Assembly: GCA_964461205.1 (NCBI GenBank)
Contig: CAYWUL010000001.1
Span: 28,549 to 92,548 of the forward strand
DNA length: 64,000 nt
From: an uncultured archaeon
GTDB taxonomy: Archaea; Iainarchaeota; Iainarchaeia; Iainarchaeales; JAAZKV01
Direction of reading: 5' to 3'
Part shown: positions 7,814 through 17,354 of the stretch, piece after piece
Layout of the letters: every line of letters begins with the position of its first letter
How positions within the stretch are numbered: position 1 is the first letter of the stretch
Made by a program: the position numbers and the translations under genes
The notes under the pieces: generated by a model
Told to the model about the DNA's origin: nothing
The model's input: the letters and a program-made list of their open reading frames with translations, nothing else
The model's database searches: none

Positions 7814-10393
7814 CTATCCTTTGTACTTCCATTTTTTGCCATTTGAGTCCTTTTTAAATGCACTCTTTAATTTGCTCATGGCATTATCTTTTTCTGAGTG
7901 AGAGAATCCTTTTCGTCCTGAACCGCCTGTTTTCTTTTGCATGAAAACAGCTGCTCCAATCAGTCCCAATATTACTACTACTACTATAATGATTGTTATT
8001 ATTCCTAAAACATTCAAATCAATGTTTATTGGTGCTAGCACTATTTTGTCATCTTCTTCTAGTATTACTGGTGGCACTGAAAAGTTAGAGATAACATTAT
8101 TGTCAATTATTTCATTTGCTCTTTCTTCGCTAACTTTAAAGCTATAAAATATTTTTGTTGTGTCGTTTGGAACAACAAACTCAACTATTGGATCGTCTTG
8201 TACTATACTAAAATCCAAGTTAGAGTAGAGCATTGATGCGCTTTCAATTAATTCTTTTGGAATTATTTCAACAATTTTATAGTTGTTTTTATTTGTGTCT
8301 AATGTAAAAGTTAGTTCTATTTGTACTTGGTATTCATTTCCAACTTTTATTATTGATAATTTTCTTGTTGCTTCTCCGTCAATTATTTTTTGTGTTGCTA
8401 AAGCAATTTGTTCTTCACTAAATCCAAGTGATTGTAATTGTGCTTCTAGATTGTCTGCACTATAAACATATTCTTGTGAGTTAGTTGTTAGCAAAACAGC
8501 ATCTTCATTAACTGTTGTATAAAGTGTCTTTGCTTGGTCTGCCTTTGCTTTTGCATTATTATAATCATTTTGTGTTAGTAAGTTTTTTGCTTCTGCTAAT
8601 AAAGCATCTGCATTATTTTTGTCTGCTAAAAGAACAGAATCAAATTGTAATCCATTATTATTATAGTAATGGATTAAATCTTCAACTAAAACTTTTTTTG
8701 CTTCTGCAGTGCTGATTGCTTCTTGTGCTTCTTGTTCTTCGTTTAATTCATTTTGTATTGTAACTGTTTTTGTAATTGTTTTTTCGTTTCCAGCTAAATC
8801 TTTTACTATTGCTTTTAGTGTTTGGTTTCCATTGCTAGAATCTTTTGTGTCTAAATCGTAGTAATAATCGTTTCCGCTCTTTGTTGAACCATATTTTACT
8901 CCGTTAAACTCGAATTCAACCAGGTCTATTCCTTTATTATCTTCTGCTGTTACTTTGATTCTTTGTATTCCTTTCATATTAGTATTTGTGTCTTTCCATT
9001 CTACTGTTGGCAGTTCATTATCAATGTAAATTGTTTTTTCTGTTGATGTTGCTGTTCCATTAGATTCACACCAAAAGTTTATTCGGGTATATCCACTAGC
9101 AACATTAATTGTTTCAATTAACAATGTTGTGTTGTCTGTTTCTGTTCCAAGAGTTGTTGTTGTTCCCCAACTAGTATCATAATACCTATACCTTATTCTT
9201 GCATTGTCTGTTTCTTCTCCCCAACTACAAGTAACTTCTAGTTCGTCACCGTCTTTCACATAAGTAACTTCTGTTCCGCTTCTTCTAACAGTTACACTTG
9301 AAGAAGTTGATTGGGGGGTAGCATTTAATTCGCTTGTGAAACTACTTTCATTACTTGCATTGTCAACTGCTTTTACTTTGAAATTATAACTTGTTCCATT
9401 AGTTAAACCACTAACAGTTACATTTGTTGCTGTTCCTGATGAGTATGCTTTGTGAGACCCGTTCATAAAAACATCATACCTATACAATCCGCTTCCCCCA
9501 GTGTCAGTTGTTGCATCCCATGAAAGAGTTACATAACCATCTCCAACATCAGAAACAGTTAGGTTTCCGGGTATTCCTGGATTTGTTTTATCAATATTAT
9601 AATTTTTTGTTTGTGTTGCTGTGTTTCTATCCATGTTGTCTGTACAATATATTTGTACTGTTGTTGTTGCAGTTAGAGGAAAACTTGTGCCTGTTTGCCA
9701 AGCTGCATCCCCTAACTTGTAATAACAAGAATCAATTCCTGAACCTGCATTTGAAGCAGTTATAACAACACTAATATCCGCGTTTGTCCAACTACCATCG
9801 CTTGGTGTAATAGAATCAATTACTCCGTTTACATCGTCAATTAAAACAGATTTTGGTGTGCTTTTATTTCCTGCTGGGTCTTGACAATAAATATAATAAT
9901 TAGCATCGTCTTCAAAATTATAATTAGTTAAACTATTCACATCAGTATTAGTTTCATTAATATAAATTCTACTATTTATGTCATTACAAGAGATACTTGT
10001 AAGTAATACGTTTCCATCTTGCCAACCTGCTGGTATTGCAGGATTATTTGATAATGTTGGCGCAGTTGTATCCAAAATTATTGTGTCATTTGCATCAATA
10101 ATATTTCCATCATAATTTGCACGCACATAAACAGTTTTTGTGCCATCGCCGGCAGATAATATAAAAGATTGTGGTGAACTCAAGTTTTGTGTTGGAACAC
10201 ATCCTCCAAGGGTTTCGCTAATACAAACATTCGAGTCAGTTGGAGTTACAGTGTATGAAACACTAACTGTTGTGCTTGTAGCATATGTTGCCCCAGCATC
10301 AATTGAGACGTCAGTTAAGTTTACCGCGGCTCCTAAAACTCCTCCTAAAATAAATAATAAAACTAGACTAATTAACACCAATCCTTTGTACAT
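7814..10393 (-). CDS. large secreted surface (S-layer-like) protein with FN3 domain and C-terminal TM anchor
   Basis: Signal-like N-terminus (LVLISLVLLFILGGVLGAA). FN3 segment PGNLTVSDVGDGYVTLSWDA...GTSYNFKVKAVDNASNES. C-terminal hydrophobic helix plus K-rich tail. About 17 N-X-S/T sequons by manual scan. Confidence 0.7.
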   Translation of the reverse strand: MYKGLVLISLVLLFILGGVLGAAVNLTDVSIDAGATYATSTTVSVSYTVTPTDSNVCISETLGGCVPTQNLSSPQSFILSAGDGTKTVYVRANYDGNIIDANDTIILDTTAPTLSNNPAIPAGWQDGNVLLTSISCNDINSRIYINETNTDVNSLTNYNFEDDANYYIYCQDPAGNKSTPKSVLIDDVNGVIDSITPSDGSWTNADISVVITASNAGSGIDSCYYKLGDAAWQTGTSFPLTATTTVQIYCTDNMDRNTATQTKNYNIDKTNPGIPGNLTVSDVGDGYVTLSWDATTDTGGSGLYRYDVFMNGSHKAYSSGTATNVTVSGLTNGTSYNFKVKAVDNASNESSFTSELNATPQSTSSSVTVRRSGTEVTYVKDGDELEVTCSWGEETDNARIRYRYYDTSWGTTTTLGTETDNTTLLIETINVASGYTRINFWCESNGTATSTEKTIYIDNELPTVEWKDTNTNMKGIQRIKVTAEDNKGIDLVEFEFNGVKYGSTKSGNDYYYDLDTKDSSNGNQTLKAIVKDLAGNEKTITKTVTIQNELNEEQEAQEAISTAEAKKVLVEDLIHYYNNNGLQFDSVLLADKNNADALLAEAKNLLTQNDYNNAKAKADQAKTLYTTVNEDAVLLTTNSQEYVYSADNLEAQLQSLGFSEEQIALATQKIIDGEATRKLSIIKVGNEYQVQIELTFTLDTNKNNYKIVEIIPKELIESASMLYSNLDFSIVQDDPIVEFVVPNDTTKIFYSFKVSEERANEIIDNNVISNFSVPPVILEEDDKIVLAPINIDLNVLGIITIIIVVVVILGLIGAAVFMQKKTGGSGRKGFSHSEKDNAMSKLKSAFKKDSNGKKWKYKG

Positions 10394-10532
10394 TTGTTTT
10401 CAACCCCTTGCATTTTTTAATATTTTCCTGTGGGAAGGGTTTTTATACTTTTTTTGTTGCTTTTGTTCTTCTGGCTTTCGAGGAATTTCGCACCAGAATA
10501 CCTTTTTAACCTTCAATTTCTTTCTATTAATA

Positions 10533-11042
10533 ATGATTGATAAGATTCTTTGGCTTGTATTGCTTACTTTAGTTCCTGTTTTTGAGTTGCGTTGGAGTAT
10601 TCCAATTGGCTTGTTTTCGGGCGAAATAACAGTTCCTCTTATTGGAACTTTTCAAGGTTTTGCCTTGCCCATATTAATTGTTTTTGTGACTTGTGTTATT
10701 GCAAATATATTGCTTGGTTTAATTGCTTACTTTTTTTTAGACAAAGTAATTTTTTTGTTCTTAAAAATAAATTTCATAAATAATTATTATGAAAAAATTG
10801 TTTTCAGAACACAGAGGCGTTCTCAAAAAATCATTGATAAATATGGTTTGCTGGGAATAGCATTATTTGTTGCTGTGCCTCTTCCAGGTTCTGGTTCTTG
10901 GACTGGCGCATTGATAGCAAAACTTCTTGGTATTGGTTACAAAAAATTTTTTGTTGCTAATACAATTGGAGTAATAATTGCAGGAACAATTGTTACTTTG
11001 TTTTTTGTTGGTGCCTTTTCTTTTTTTGGTCTAATGGTTTGA
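10533..11042 (+). CDS. small membrane protein, COG2426 'small multidrug export'-like
   Basis: VFELRWSIPIGL and PLPGSGSWTGALIA motifs. The start is moved to the internal ATG (MIDKILW) because 10140-10532 overlaps the surface-protein gene antisense. Confidence 0.55.
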   Translation: MIDKILWLVLLTLVPVFELRWSIPIGLFSGEITVPLIGTFQGFALPILIVFVTCVIANILLGLIAYFFLDKVIFLFLKINFINNYYEKIVFRTQRRSQKIIDKYGLLGIALFVAVPLPGSGSWTGALIAKLLGIGYKKFFVANTIGVIIAGTIVTLFFVGAFSFFGLMV

Positions 11043-11097
11043 TTTTTTGTATTTCAATTTTGTTATTAGTTTGTTTAATTAATGTTGTGCTATTTTC

Positions 11098-12054
11098 TTA
11101 ACTTATATTATAATATTCTTTGTACCAGTTAACAAAATTATGTATTCCTTCTTCTACACTGATTTTTGGTTCATATCCAAGCATCTTTTTTGCTTTTGAA
11201 ACATCAGCCAATGATTTTGGAACATCTCCTAATTGCATTGGCATAAGATTTGTTTGTGCTTTTTTTCCCAACTCTTTTTCAATTAATTCAATGAAATAAG
11301 TAAGTTTTACCATCTCTCCTCTTCCTAGATTAAATACCTCATTTTTGAATGGTTTTTTTATTGCTAAGTTAATACCGTTTACAATGTCTGCTACATAGGT
11401 AAAGTCTCTTTCCATCTCTCCATTATTGAAGACATTGATGGGTTGTCCATTAAGGATTGCTTTTGTAAATAAAAATAATGCCATGTCTGGTCTTCCATAG
11501 GGGCCATAAACTGTAAAAAATCTTAACCCCGTACAATTAATTCCAAATAAGTGAGAATAAGTGTGAGCTAACAATTCATTGTATTTTTTTGTTGCAGCAT
11601 ACAATGAAATTGGGTTGTCAACATTGTCTGTCTCGCTTGCAGGAATTTTATTATTATTTCCATAAACGCTTGATGAACTAGCATACACAATATCTTTTAC
11701 ATTGTTGTGTCGGCAACACTCTAGAATATTTAAAAAACCAAGTCCATTACTTTTTTCATAAATAAATGGGTTTTCTAAGGAATGTCTCACTCCTGCAATT
11801 GCCGCTAAATTAACTACCTTATCAAATGTATTATTCTTGAAAACTTTTTCAATTTCATCATAATTTGTGGTATCACATATTACTTCAGAAAAGTTTTCGT
11901 CTTTTTTTAAAATTTCTCCACGGGCTTTTTTTAGAGAAACATCATAGTATTCTGAATAATTATCTACTCCCATAATCGTGTGTTTTTCTTCAAGCAATTT
12001 TTTGCATAAATTAAAACCAATAAATCCTGCTGACCCAGTAACAAGAATATTCAT
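11098..12054 (-). CDS. NAD-dependent sugar-nucleotide epimerase (UDP-glucuronate 4-epimerase-like extended SDR)
   Basis: MNILVTGSAGFIGFNLCKKLL...DNYSEYYDVSLKKAR, YASSSSVYG, YAATK catalytic motif. Confidence 0.7.
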   Translation of the reverse strand: MNILVTGSAGFIGFNLCKKLLEEKHTIMGVDNYSEYYDVSLKKARGEILKKDENFSEVICDTTNYDEIEKVFKNNTFDKVVNLAAIAGVRHSLENPFIYEKSNGLGFLNILECCRHNNVKDIVYASSSSVYGNNNKIPASETDNVDNPISLYAATKKYNELLAHTYSHLFGINCTGLRFFTVYGPYGRPDMALFLFTKAILNGQPINVFNNGEMERDFTYVADIVNGINLAIKKPFKNEVFNLGRGEMVKLTYFIELIEKELGKKAQTNLMPMQLGDVPKSLADVSKAKKMLGYEPKISVEEGIHNFVNWYKEYYNIS

Positions 12055-12144
12055 ATTAAGAAAGTGTTTTTTTAGTTTAAAAGTGCATTGGTATATTATT
12101 GAATTTAATTAGTTTTTTGATTAATACTTAATTTTGTTTCTGTC

Positions 12145-13131
12145 CTAATCTTGTTTAAACACAAGATCTAACTTTTCCTCTAAATATTTCAGAAAAGTTG
12201 TTGCATAAATTCCTTTTCGTAATTCAAAAATAATCCAGTATTTATTCCCAATACTTTTTTTTAACTTCAGTTTTCTTGCAACAAAATAACTATCTCTTTT
12301 CAAGTTTCTTAGTCCAAATTTTTTCTCAAAAGTTGTTGCTTTAATAGAAATATTTTTTTTAATAGCTCTTGTTGCACGAGTATTATTGTTATTATTTTTC
12401 ACTTCACTAACTTTTCCAAATAGTATTTTGTTCCATCTTTTTGCTTGGCAAGCTTTCAACATTTGTTTCAGACTTCTTTGTTCAACAAAATCAAATGCTT
12501 TTTCAAAATTCTTTTCTTTTTCCAAAAAAACAAAAATTGGTTTTTTTGATTCAGGGATAATTTCACTTTCTTCAAGCAATTTCCATTTATTCCATTTCTC
12601 AAAAATCTCTTTTTTTATTTCACTGCTTTTTTCCGTATCAAATTTACTACTTGTGCACAAAAACATCTTCAACGCACTTTCGTAATCCGGTTTTTCCAGT
12701 TTTTCACAAAATTCATCAACACGTTCGTCAAACCGTTGTTTTCCAAAATAATTTGCTACAAATTCTTTCTTCCAATTTACTTTCTTTATTTCCTTTTCTT
12801 CTTTTTCATTAAGTTCAACCAAAATTTTAAACCGATTTCCTTTGTGTTTTCCAATAAATAATTTTTCACCACTTCTTCCTTTGAAAATAACTCTTATTTT
12901 TTCTTCATTTATTTCTTCTATTGGTTGTTTTGAACAAAACCATTGTTCTGTTGTTGCATTTTTGTCTTTTATCCCGCAAAACAAAGAATCTCTTGGTAAT
13001 CTTTTCAGAATTTGTTTGTGTGATATTCCTTTTTTTTCCAATATATAATAATAGTATCTTCCTTTGCTTTTCAATTCTGGTTTGAATAATTCTTTTACAA
13101 AAAAAGTTTCTTCATTTAAATTGTATTTCAT
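12145..13131 (-). CDS. truD: tRNA pseudouridine synthase TruD/Pus7 family
   Basis: GIKDKNATTEQ (catalytic Asp motif) and NYFGKQRFD motif. Confidence 0.65.
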   Translation of the reverse strand: MKYNLNEETFFVKELFKPELKSKGRYYYYILEKKGISHKQILKRLPRDSLFCGIKDKNATTEQWFCSKQPIEEINEEKIRVIFKGRSGEKLFIGKHKGNRFKILVELNEKEEKEIKKVNWKKEFVANYFGKQRFDERVDEFCEKLEKPDYESALKMFLCTSSKFDTEKSSEIKKEIFEKWNKWKLLEESEIIPESKKPIFVFLEKEKNFEKAFDFVEQRSLKQMLKACQAKRWNKILFGKVSEVKNNNNNTRATRAIKKNISIKATTFEKKFGLRNLKRDSYFVARKLKLKKSIGNKYWIIFELRKGIYATTFLKYLEEKLDLVFKQD

Positions 13132-13159
13132 AAAATCAACAATGCGTTTGTAATAAGTA

Positions 13160-13903
13160 CTAACAAAATTCTTTTTCTATTTCTTGTAATGAATTAATAA
13201 TTAATTCTTTTACTTTTTCAGCATTTTTTTTCATTATTTCCATTACTTTTTCAAAAGTAACTGCTTCTTCATTTTCTAAAAAACAATCATAATCTGTTAC
13301 TAAATTAATTACTTGGTATGGGATCTTCATTTCTTTTGCAAGACAAACTTCGGGTACTGTTGTCATATTTATTAAATCACATTTCCAAGATTGAAAGAGT
13401 TTGCTTTCTGCGCGTGTTGAAAACCTTGGACCTTCAATTGTTATAAGTGTTGTTTCTGCACTATACTCAAAACCAATTTCTTTATTTTTGTTTTCAAGTA
13501 TTCTTCTTAATTTTTTATCAAATGGGTCTGCCATTGATTCATGGATTACCTTTCCTTTTTCAGTAAAGCTAGTGTCGCGTTTTGTTGTTCTGTCAATAAA
13601 TTGTGATGGAAAAGAAATACTTCCCGGGACAATTTCTTCTCTAAGCGAACCACAAGCACTAGTAGCAATTATTGCCTTACATCCTAATTCTTTTAATGTA
13701 AAAATGTTTGCTTTGTAAGGAAGAGTTGTTGGGGGATACTCATGTTTGTATCCATGTCTTGAGAGTATTGCAACTTTTACTCCATTAATTTCTCCTTTTT
13801 TTATTGGAGAATGTTTTCCATATTTTGTTTCAATAATAACCTCTTCTGCGTTATGTAGCATTTGTGGGTCTTCTAAACCACTTCCTCCAATAATTCCAAT
13901 CAT
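13160..13903 (-). CDS. mtnP: S-methyl-5'-thioadenosine / purine nucleoside phosphorylase
   Basis: MIGIIGGSGL...LSRHG...ATSACGSL...TIEGPRFSTRAES...NMTTVPE, typical of the MTAP/PNP family. Confidence 0.8.
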   Translation of the reverse strand: MIGIIGGSGLEDPQMLHNAEEVIIETKYGKHSPIKKGEINGVKVAILSRHGYKHEYPPTTLPYKANIFTLKELGCKAIIATSACGSLREEIVPGSISFPSQFIDRTTKRDTSFTEKGKVIHESMADPFDKKLRRILENKNKEIGFEYSAETTLITIEGPRFSTRAESKLFQSWKCDLINMTTVPEVCLAKEMKIPYQVINLVTDYDCFLENEEAVTFEKVMEIMKKNAEKVKELIINSLQEIEKEFC

Positions 13904-14428
13904 TTATTCACCTTCAAATTCAACTAATGCAAAAACTTTTCGCGGAGCAAGTTTTTCTTTTCCTTTTAACTCTGGTAAATCAACAATAAATGCGCATTCA
14001 ACAATTTCTGCACCAACACTTTCAATTAATTTACAAGCTGCTCTTGCTGTTCCACCTGTAGCAATCAAATCATCAACTAATATAACACGGTTTCCGTTTT
14101 TCAAAGAATCCTTGTGCATCTCAATAATATCTTTTCCATATTCTAAATCATATTCTTCTTGTATTACTTCAGATGGAAGTTTTCCTTTTTTTCGAATAGG
14201 AACAAATCCAATTCCAAGTTCTTTTGCTAATGCTCCTCCAACAATAAATCCTCTACTCTCAATTCCAACAACAAAATTTGCCTTTTCATTAACATATCTT
14301 TTTGCAAGCGCTTCTATAATTTCTTTTAATCCATCGGCATCTTGTAACAATGTTGTAATATCTCTGAACATTATTCCTTGTTTTGGAAAATTAGGTATTG
14401 TTCGAATCTTATTTTTTATTGATTCCAT
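13904..14428 (-). CDS. apt: adenine phosphoribosyltransferase
   Basis: FPKQGIMFRDIT and PRPP loop VILVDDLIATGGTARA; 174 aa. Confidence 0.85.
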   Translation of the reverse strand: MESIKNKIRTIPNFPKQGIMFRDITTLLQDADGLKEIIEALAKRYVNEKANFVVGIESRGFIVGGALAKELGIGFVPIRKKGKLPSEVIQEEYDLEYGKDIIEMHKDSLKNGNRVILVDDLIATGGTARAACKLIESVGAEIVECAFIVDLPELKGKEKLAPRKVFALVEFEGE

Positions 14429-14467
14429 ATGAAATAAAACTGGGCGTAATTCTTTTTATTCTAAACG

Positions 14468-15178
14468 GTGCTTTGTTTGTTTATGATGAAAACAATTGTA
14501 GTAATTCCTACTTATAATGAAAAAACAAACATAAAAAAATTAATTCCAAAAATTCTTTCACAAAAGATTCCAAACACTAAGTTTGAAATAATTATAGTTG
14601 ATGACAATTCTCCTGATGGGACTGCAAATGAAGCAAGACGCTTCAAAAATGTGAGCGTTATTTCTCGTCCGGCAAAACTTGGTCTTGGTTCAGCATATGT
14701 AATGGGTTTTGGAGAGGCAATCAAAAAAGGGGCAGACACAATTTTTTCGATGGATGCTGACTTATCACACAATTTTGATTATGCAAAAGACTTTATTGAA
14801 AAAATTAATGAAGGAGCAGACGTAGTTATTGGTTCGCGTTATGTTAAAGGTGGTGGCACAAATTGGCCCACTTCAAGAAAAATAATTAGTGGCGGTGCCA
14901 ATTTATTGGCTAGAACAATTCTTGGTGTTCCTGCAAAAGATCTCACTTCGGGTTATCGTTGTTACAAAGCCAGCATACTAAAAAAAGCATTGAAAAATGA
15001 ATTTATTTCTACAAGTTATTCTTTTTTGGAAGAAATGATTTATTATTGTCATAAGGAAAAAGCAAAGATTTCTGAAGTACCAATTTTTTTCAAAGATCGG
15101 GTGAGTGGAAAATCAAAATTAAGAAAAATGGAGATTGCAAAATTCCCTTTTACATTGCTCCGTTTACGTTTTAATTAG
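14468..15178 (+). CDS. GT2 polyprenol-phosphate hexosyltransferase (Dpm1/GtrB-like dolichol-P-mannose/glucose synthase)
   Basis: VVIPTYNE...VDDNSPDGT...MDADLSH...GSRYVKGG...SGYRCYK. Start could be 14483/14486 (MMKT). Confidence 0.8.
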   Translation: MLCLFMMKTIVVIPTYNEKTNIKKLIPKILSQKIPNTKFEIIIVDDNSPDGTANEARRFKNVSVISRPAKLGLGSAYVMGFGEAIKKGADTIFSMDADLSHNFDYAKDFIEKINEGADVVIGSRYVKGGGTNWPTSRKIISGGANLLARTILGVPAKDLTSGYRCYKASILKKALKNEFISTSYSFLEEMIYYCHKEKAKISEVPIFFKDRVSGKSKLRKMEIAKFPFTLLRLRFN

Positions 15179-15896
15179 TTGAAGCTTCTAAATAAATAAT
15201 CATTCCAACAGGCACTCTGTCAAGTACCTTATCAATAACAAATAATGCTTCTCCTAATTTTTTTGAAAGAATGCTTGCTTCTAAAGAAAACACATACAAA
15301 GTTTTCAATCCATTAACACTAAAACCAGCTTTTTTAACAATTTTTTTTATTGAACCACAATTAAATCTAGATATATGTTGTTCATCTAAACTATAACCTT
15401 GTTTTGCCATTGTTTTGTCAAAAACAAATTCTGCTATTGGCCAGAGAGAAGAATAATTGGGAGTAGTCAAAAATAACTTTCCTCCTTTTTTGAGCCTACT
15501 CTTGATTTCTTTCAAAGCCCCTAGAGGATTTTCTAAGTGCTCTATTAAATGAGAGATTATTACAACATCAAATTTTTCATTTGTTTTTATTTTGTTTGCT
15601 CCGCTAACAATAAAAGAAACATTTTTGATTTTCCTCTTTTTTATTTCTTTTTTTGCAAAACCAATTACTTTTTCTGAAATATCTGCTCCAATAATTCTTG
15701 ACTTTGGATACTTTTTTGCTAGTTTTATTGTAAATGTTCCTGAACCACAACCAATATCAAGTATTTTTTCATTTCCTTTTAATTTCATGAAATCAATAAA
15801 ATATTCTTCACGCGAGTTATACATGAATGCTTGTGCACTATTTCCTTTGTGCGCCCCCTCATAATAATCTCCTTCAATATTTTTGTAGTCCTTCAT
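15171..15896 (-). CDS. class I SAM-dependent methyltransferase
   Basis: ILDIGCGSGTFT motif I and VVIISHLIEHL. Internal start MKDYKN at 15896 abuts the GtrA stop (15898). Confidence 0.7.
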   Translation of the reverse strand: MKDYKNIEGDYYEGAHKGNSAQAFMYNSREEYFIDFMKLKGNEKILDIGCGSGTFTIKLAKKYPKSRIIGADISEKVIGFAKKEIKKRKIKNVSFIVSGANKIKTNEKFDVVIISHLIEHLENPLGALKEIKSRLKKGGKLFLTTPNYSSLWPIAEFVFDKTMAKQGYSLDEQHISRFNCGSIKKIVKKAGFSVNGLKTLYVFSLEASILSKKLGEALFVIDKVLDRVPVGMIIYLEASTN

Positions 15897-15897
15897 A

Positions 15898-16335
15898 TTA
15901 TCCTCTCCGAAAAGTAAGTTTTTTATTTGAACTATAAGTATATACTGTAACAAGTGCTACTGCAATTATTCTTGCAAAGGTTGGCCAAAAAAAGAGCATC
16001 TCAACTAACAAAGCAGTTATTACTGCGTTTAATACCCAGCCCCCAACTTGTATGCCAAAAAAAATTGGAAATTGTATGTGCTTCTTTCCCTTACTCTTGA
16101 ATGTTATTCTTCTTTGCAAAGCATAATTTACTGCTACTGCGATTGGGAAAGAAATTGTTAACGCAATCAAATAATGCACTCCGAAAGTCTCATTTAATAA
16201 AAAGAATATTCCTAAATCAACTATTGCGGCAACTCCACCACAAAAACAATATCGAATAAATTCTTTTTGAAATAATTTTTTAATTGAAGAACTAACCATC
16301 TTTTTCACCAATTCTACTTGTCTTATTATCTTCAC
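15898..16335 (-). CDS. GtrA family membrane protein (polyprenol-P-sugar flippase-like)
   Basis: 145 aa, 4 TM, with FIRYCFCGGVAAIVDLGIFFLL and RITF motifs. Confidence 0.7.
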   Translation of the reverse strand: MKIIRQVELVKKMVSSSIKKLFQKEFIRYCFCGGVAAIVDLGIFFLLNETFGVHYLIALTISFPIAVAVNYALQRRITFKSKGKKHIQFPIFFGIQVGGWVLNAVITALLVEMLFFWPTFARIIAVALVTVYTYSSNKKLTFRRG

Positions 16336-16354
16336 TCGCTTTTTTCAGTAATTT

Positions 16355-17326
16355 TTAATTATTCTTTCCTTTATTTTCTAATATTTTCTCGGATATTTTA
16401 TCTGCAACATATTGGATGCCTTCTTCTTTTAAGTGTTCGTTCGGAACAAAAATATAATTAAAATTCACACTTTCTAAATCAAAACCCATATCAATAAAAT
16501 CTGCTTTTGACTCATCAATATTATTTTTAATTATTTCAATATTTTCTTCAACAATTTTTCTAAATTCTATTCCAACATATTTTTCTCCATTTTCATAATC
16601 AATCGGGGTAATATAAACAATAACTTTTATTCCATTAGCAGAATATTTGTTAATCAAATTTTTCAAAGAAGTAATTTTTCTTTCATTTCCATTCAACTTG
16701 TATAAATATTGAAAAATAAATTTGTTTTTTACAAGTTCAGTTAAGTTTTCTTCATTTCCCTTTATTTCATAAACAAAATCTTTCACAAGACCAACTTTTT
16801 CATCTCCAAAAAATACTTCTTGTTGTTTCCATTTCATATTATCCATCATTATTTTTTCTCCACTTTCTCCAAACAAATCATGCCCTCTAACATACAACCC
16901 TTCAAACAAATTCTCCTTTGTATTTAATTTTAATATTTCACTTCTAAATTGGTATAATGGTCTTGTATCCCACTCTGGACTAAAAGATCTCAAATTAATG
17001 GGTATTACAACAATTTCAGGTCTTTTATCTAATGTTAAAATATAATTTGCAAAAGCTTCATACACTCCTAAGTGATATGCTTCGTGTGCAACTACCTCAA
17101 TTTTTTCTCCGAGGTTTTCTTCCATAAACAAATCCAATCCATTGCCAGAAGATTTTATTACTGAATCCCCAAAGTAAATTATTCTTGTTCCATTTCCAAG
17201 TGCATCTTCAACTTGCTTCATTTCTTCAAAGCTACCAAAGTAATTTTCGTTTACAAATTCGAGTGCTAGCGCTAAAATAAAAAATAAAAATATGAATAAA
17301 ACCAATATCAATACAATTTTTTTCAT
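16355..17326 (-). CDS. membrane-anchored SGNH/GDSL-like esterase/acyltransferase (DltD/PatB-type partner of MBOAT)
   Basis: N-terminal TM, then block-I-like IIYFGDSVIKSSGNG. Lies immediately downstream of the MBOAT. Start set at the internal MKKIVLIL. Confidence 0.5.
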   Translation of the reverse strand: MKKIVLILVLFIFLFFILALALEFVNENYFGSFEEMKQVEDALGNGTRIIYFGDSVIKSSGNGLDLFMEENLGEKIEVVAHEAYHLGVYEAFANYILTLDKRPEIVVIPINLRSFSPEWDTRPLYQFRSEILKLNTKENLFEGLYVRGHDLFGESGEKIMMDNMKWKQQEVFFGDEKVGLVKDFVYEIKGNEENLTELVKNKFIFQYLYKLNGNERKITSLKNLINKYSANGIKVIVYITPIDYENGEKYVGIEFRKIVEENIEIIKNNIDESKADFIDMGFDLESVNFNYIFVPNEHLKEEGIQYVADKISEKILENKGKNN

Positions 17327-17354
17327 AACAAAAAACCCCTCTATTCTACCAATA

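Noticed and set aside
10140-10532. N-terminal 131 codons of ORF 10140-11042
   Set aside because: This part overlaps the 5' end of the surface-protein gene on the opposite strand and looks like translated antisense. The conserved COG2426-like sequence starts at the internal ATG 10533.
13746-14432. 228-aa + strand ORF
   Set aside because: It is antisense to apt and the end of the MTAP gene, both of which have strong family motifs. Its S/P/I-rich low-complexity composition is also uninformative.
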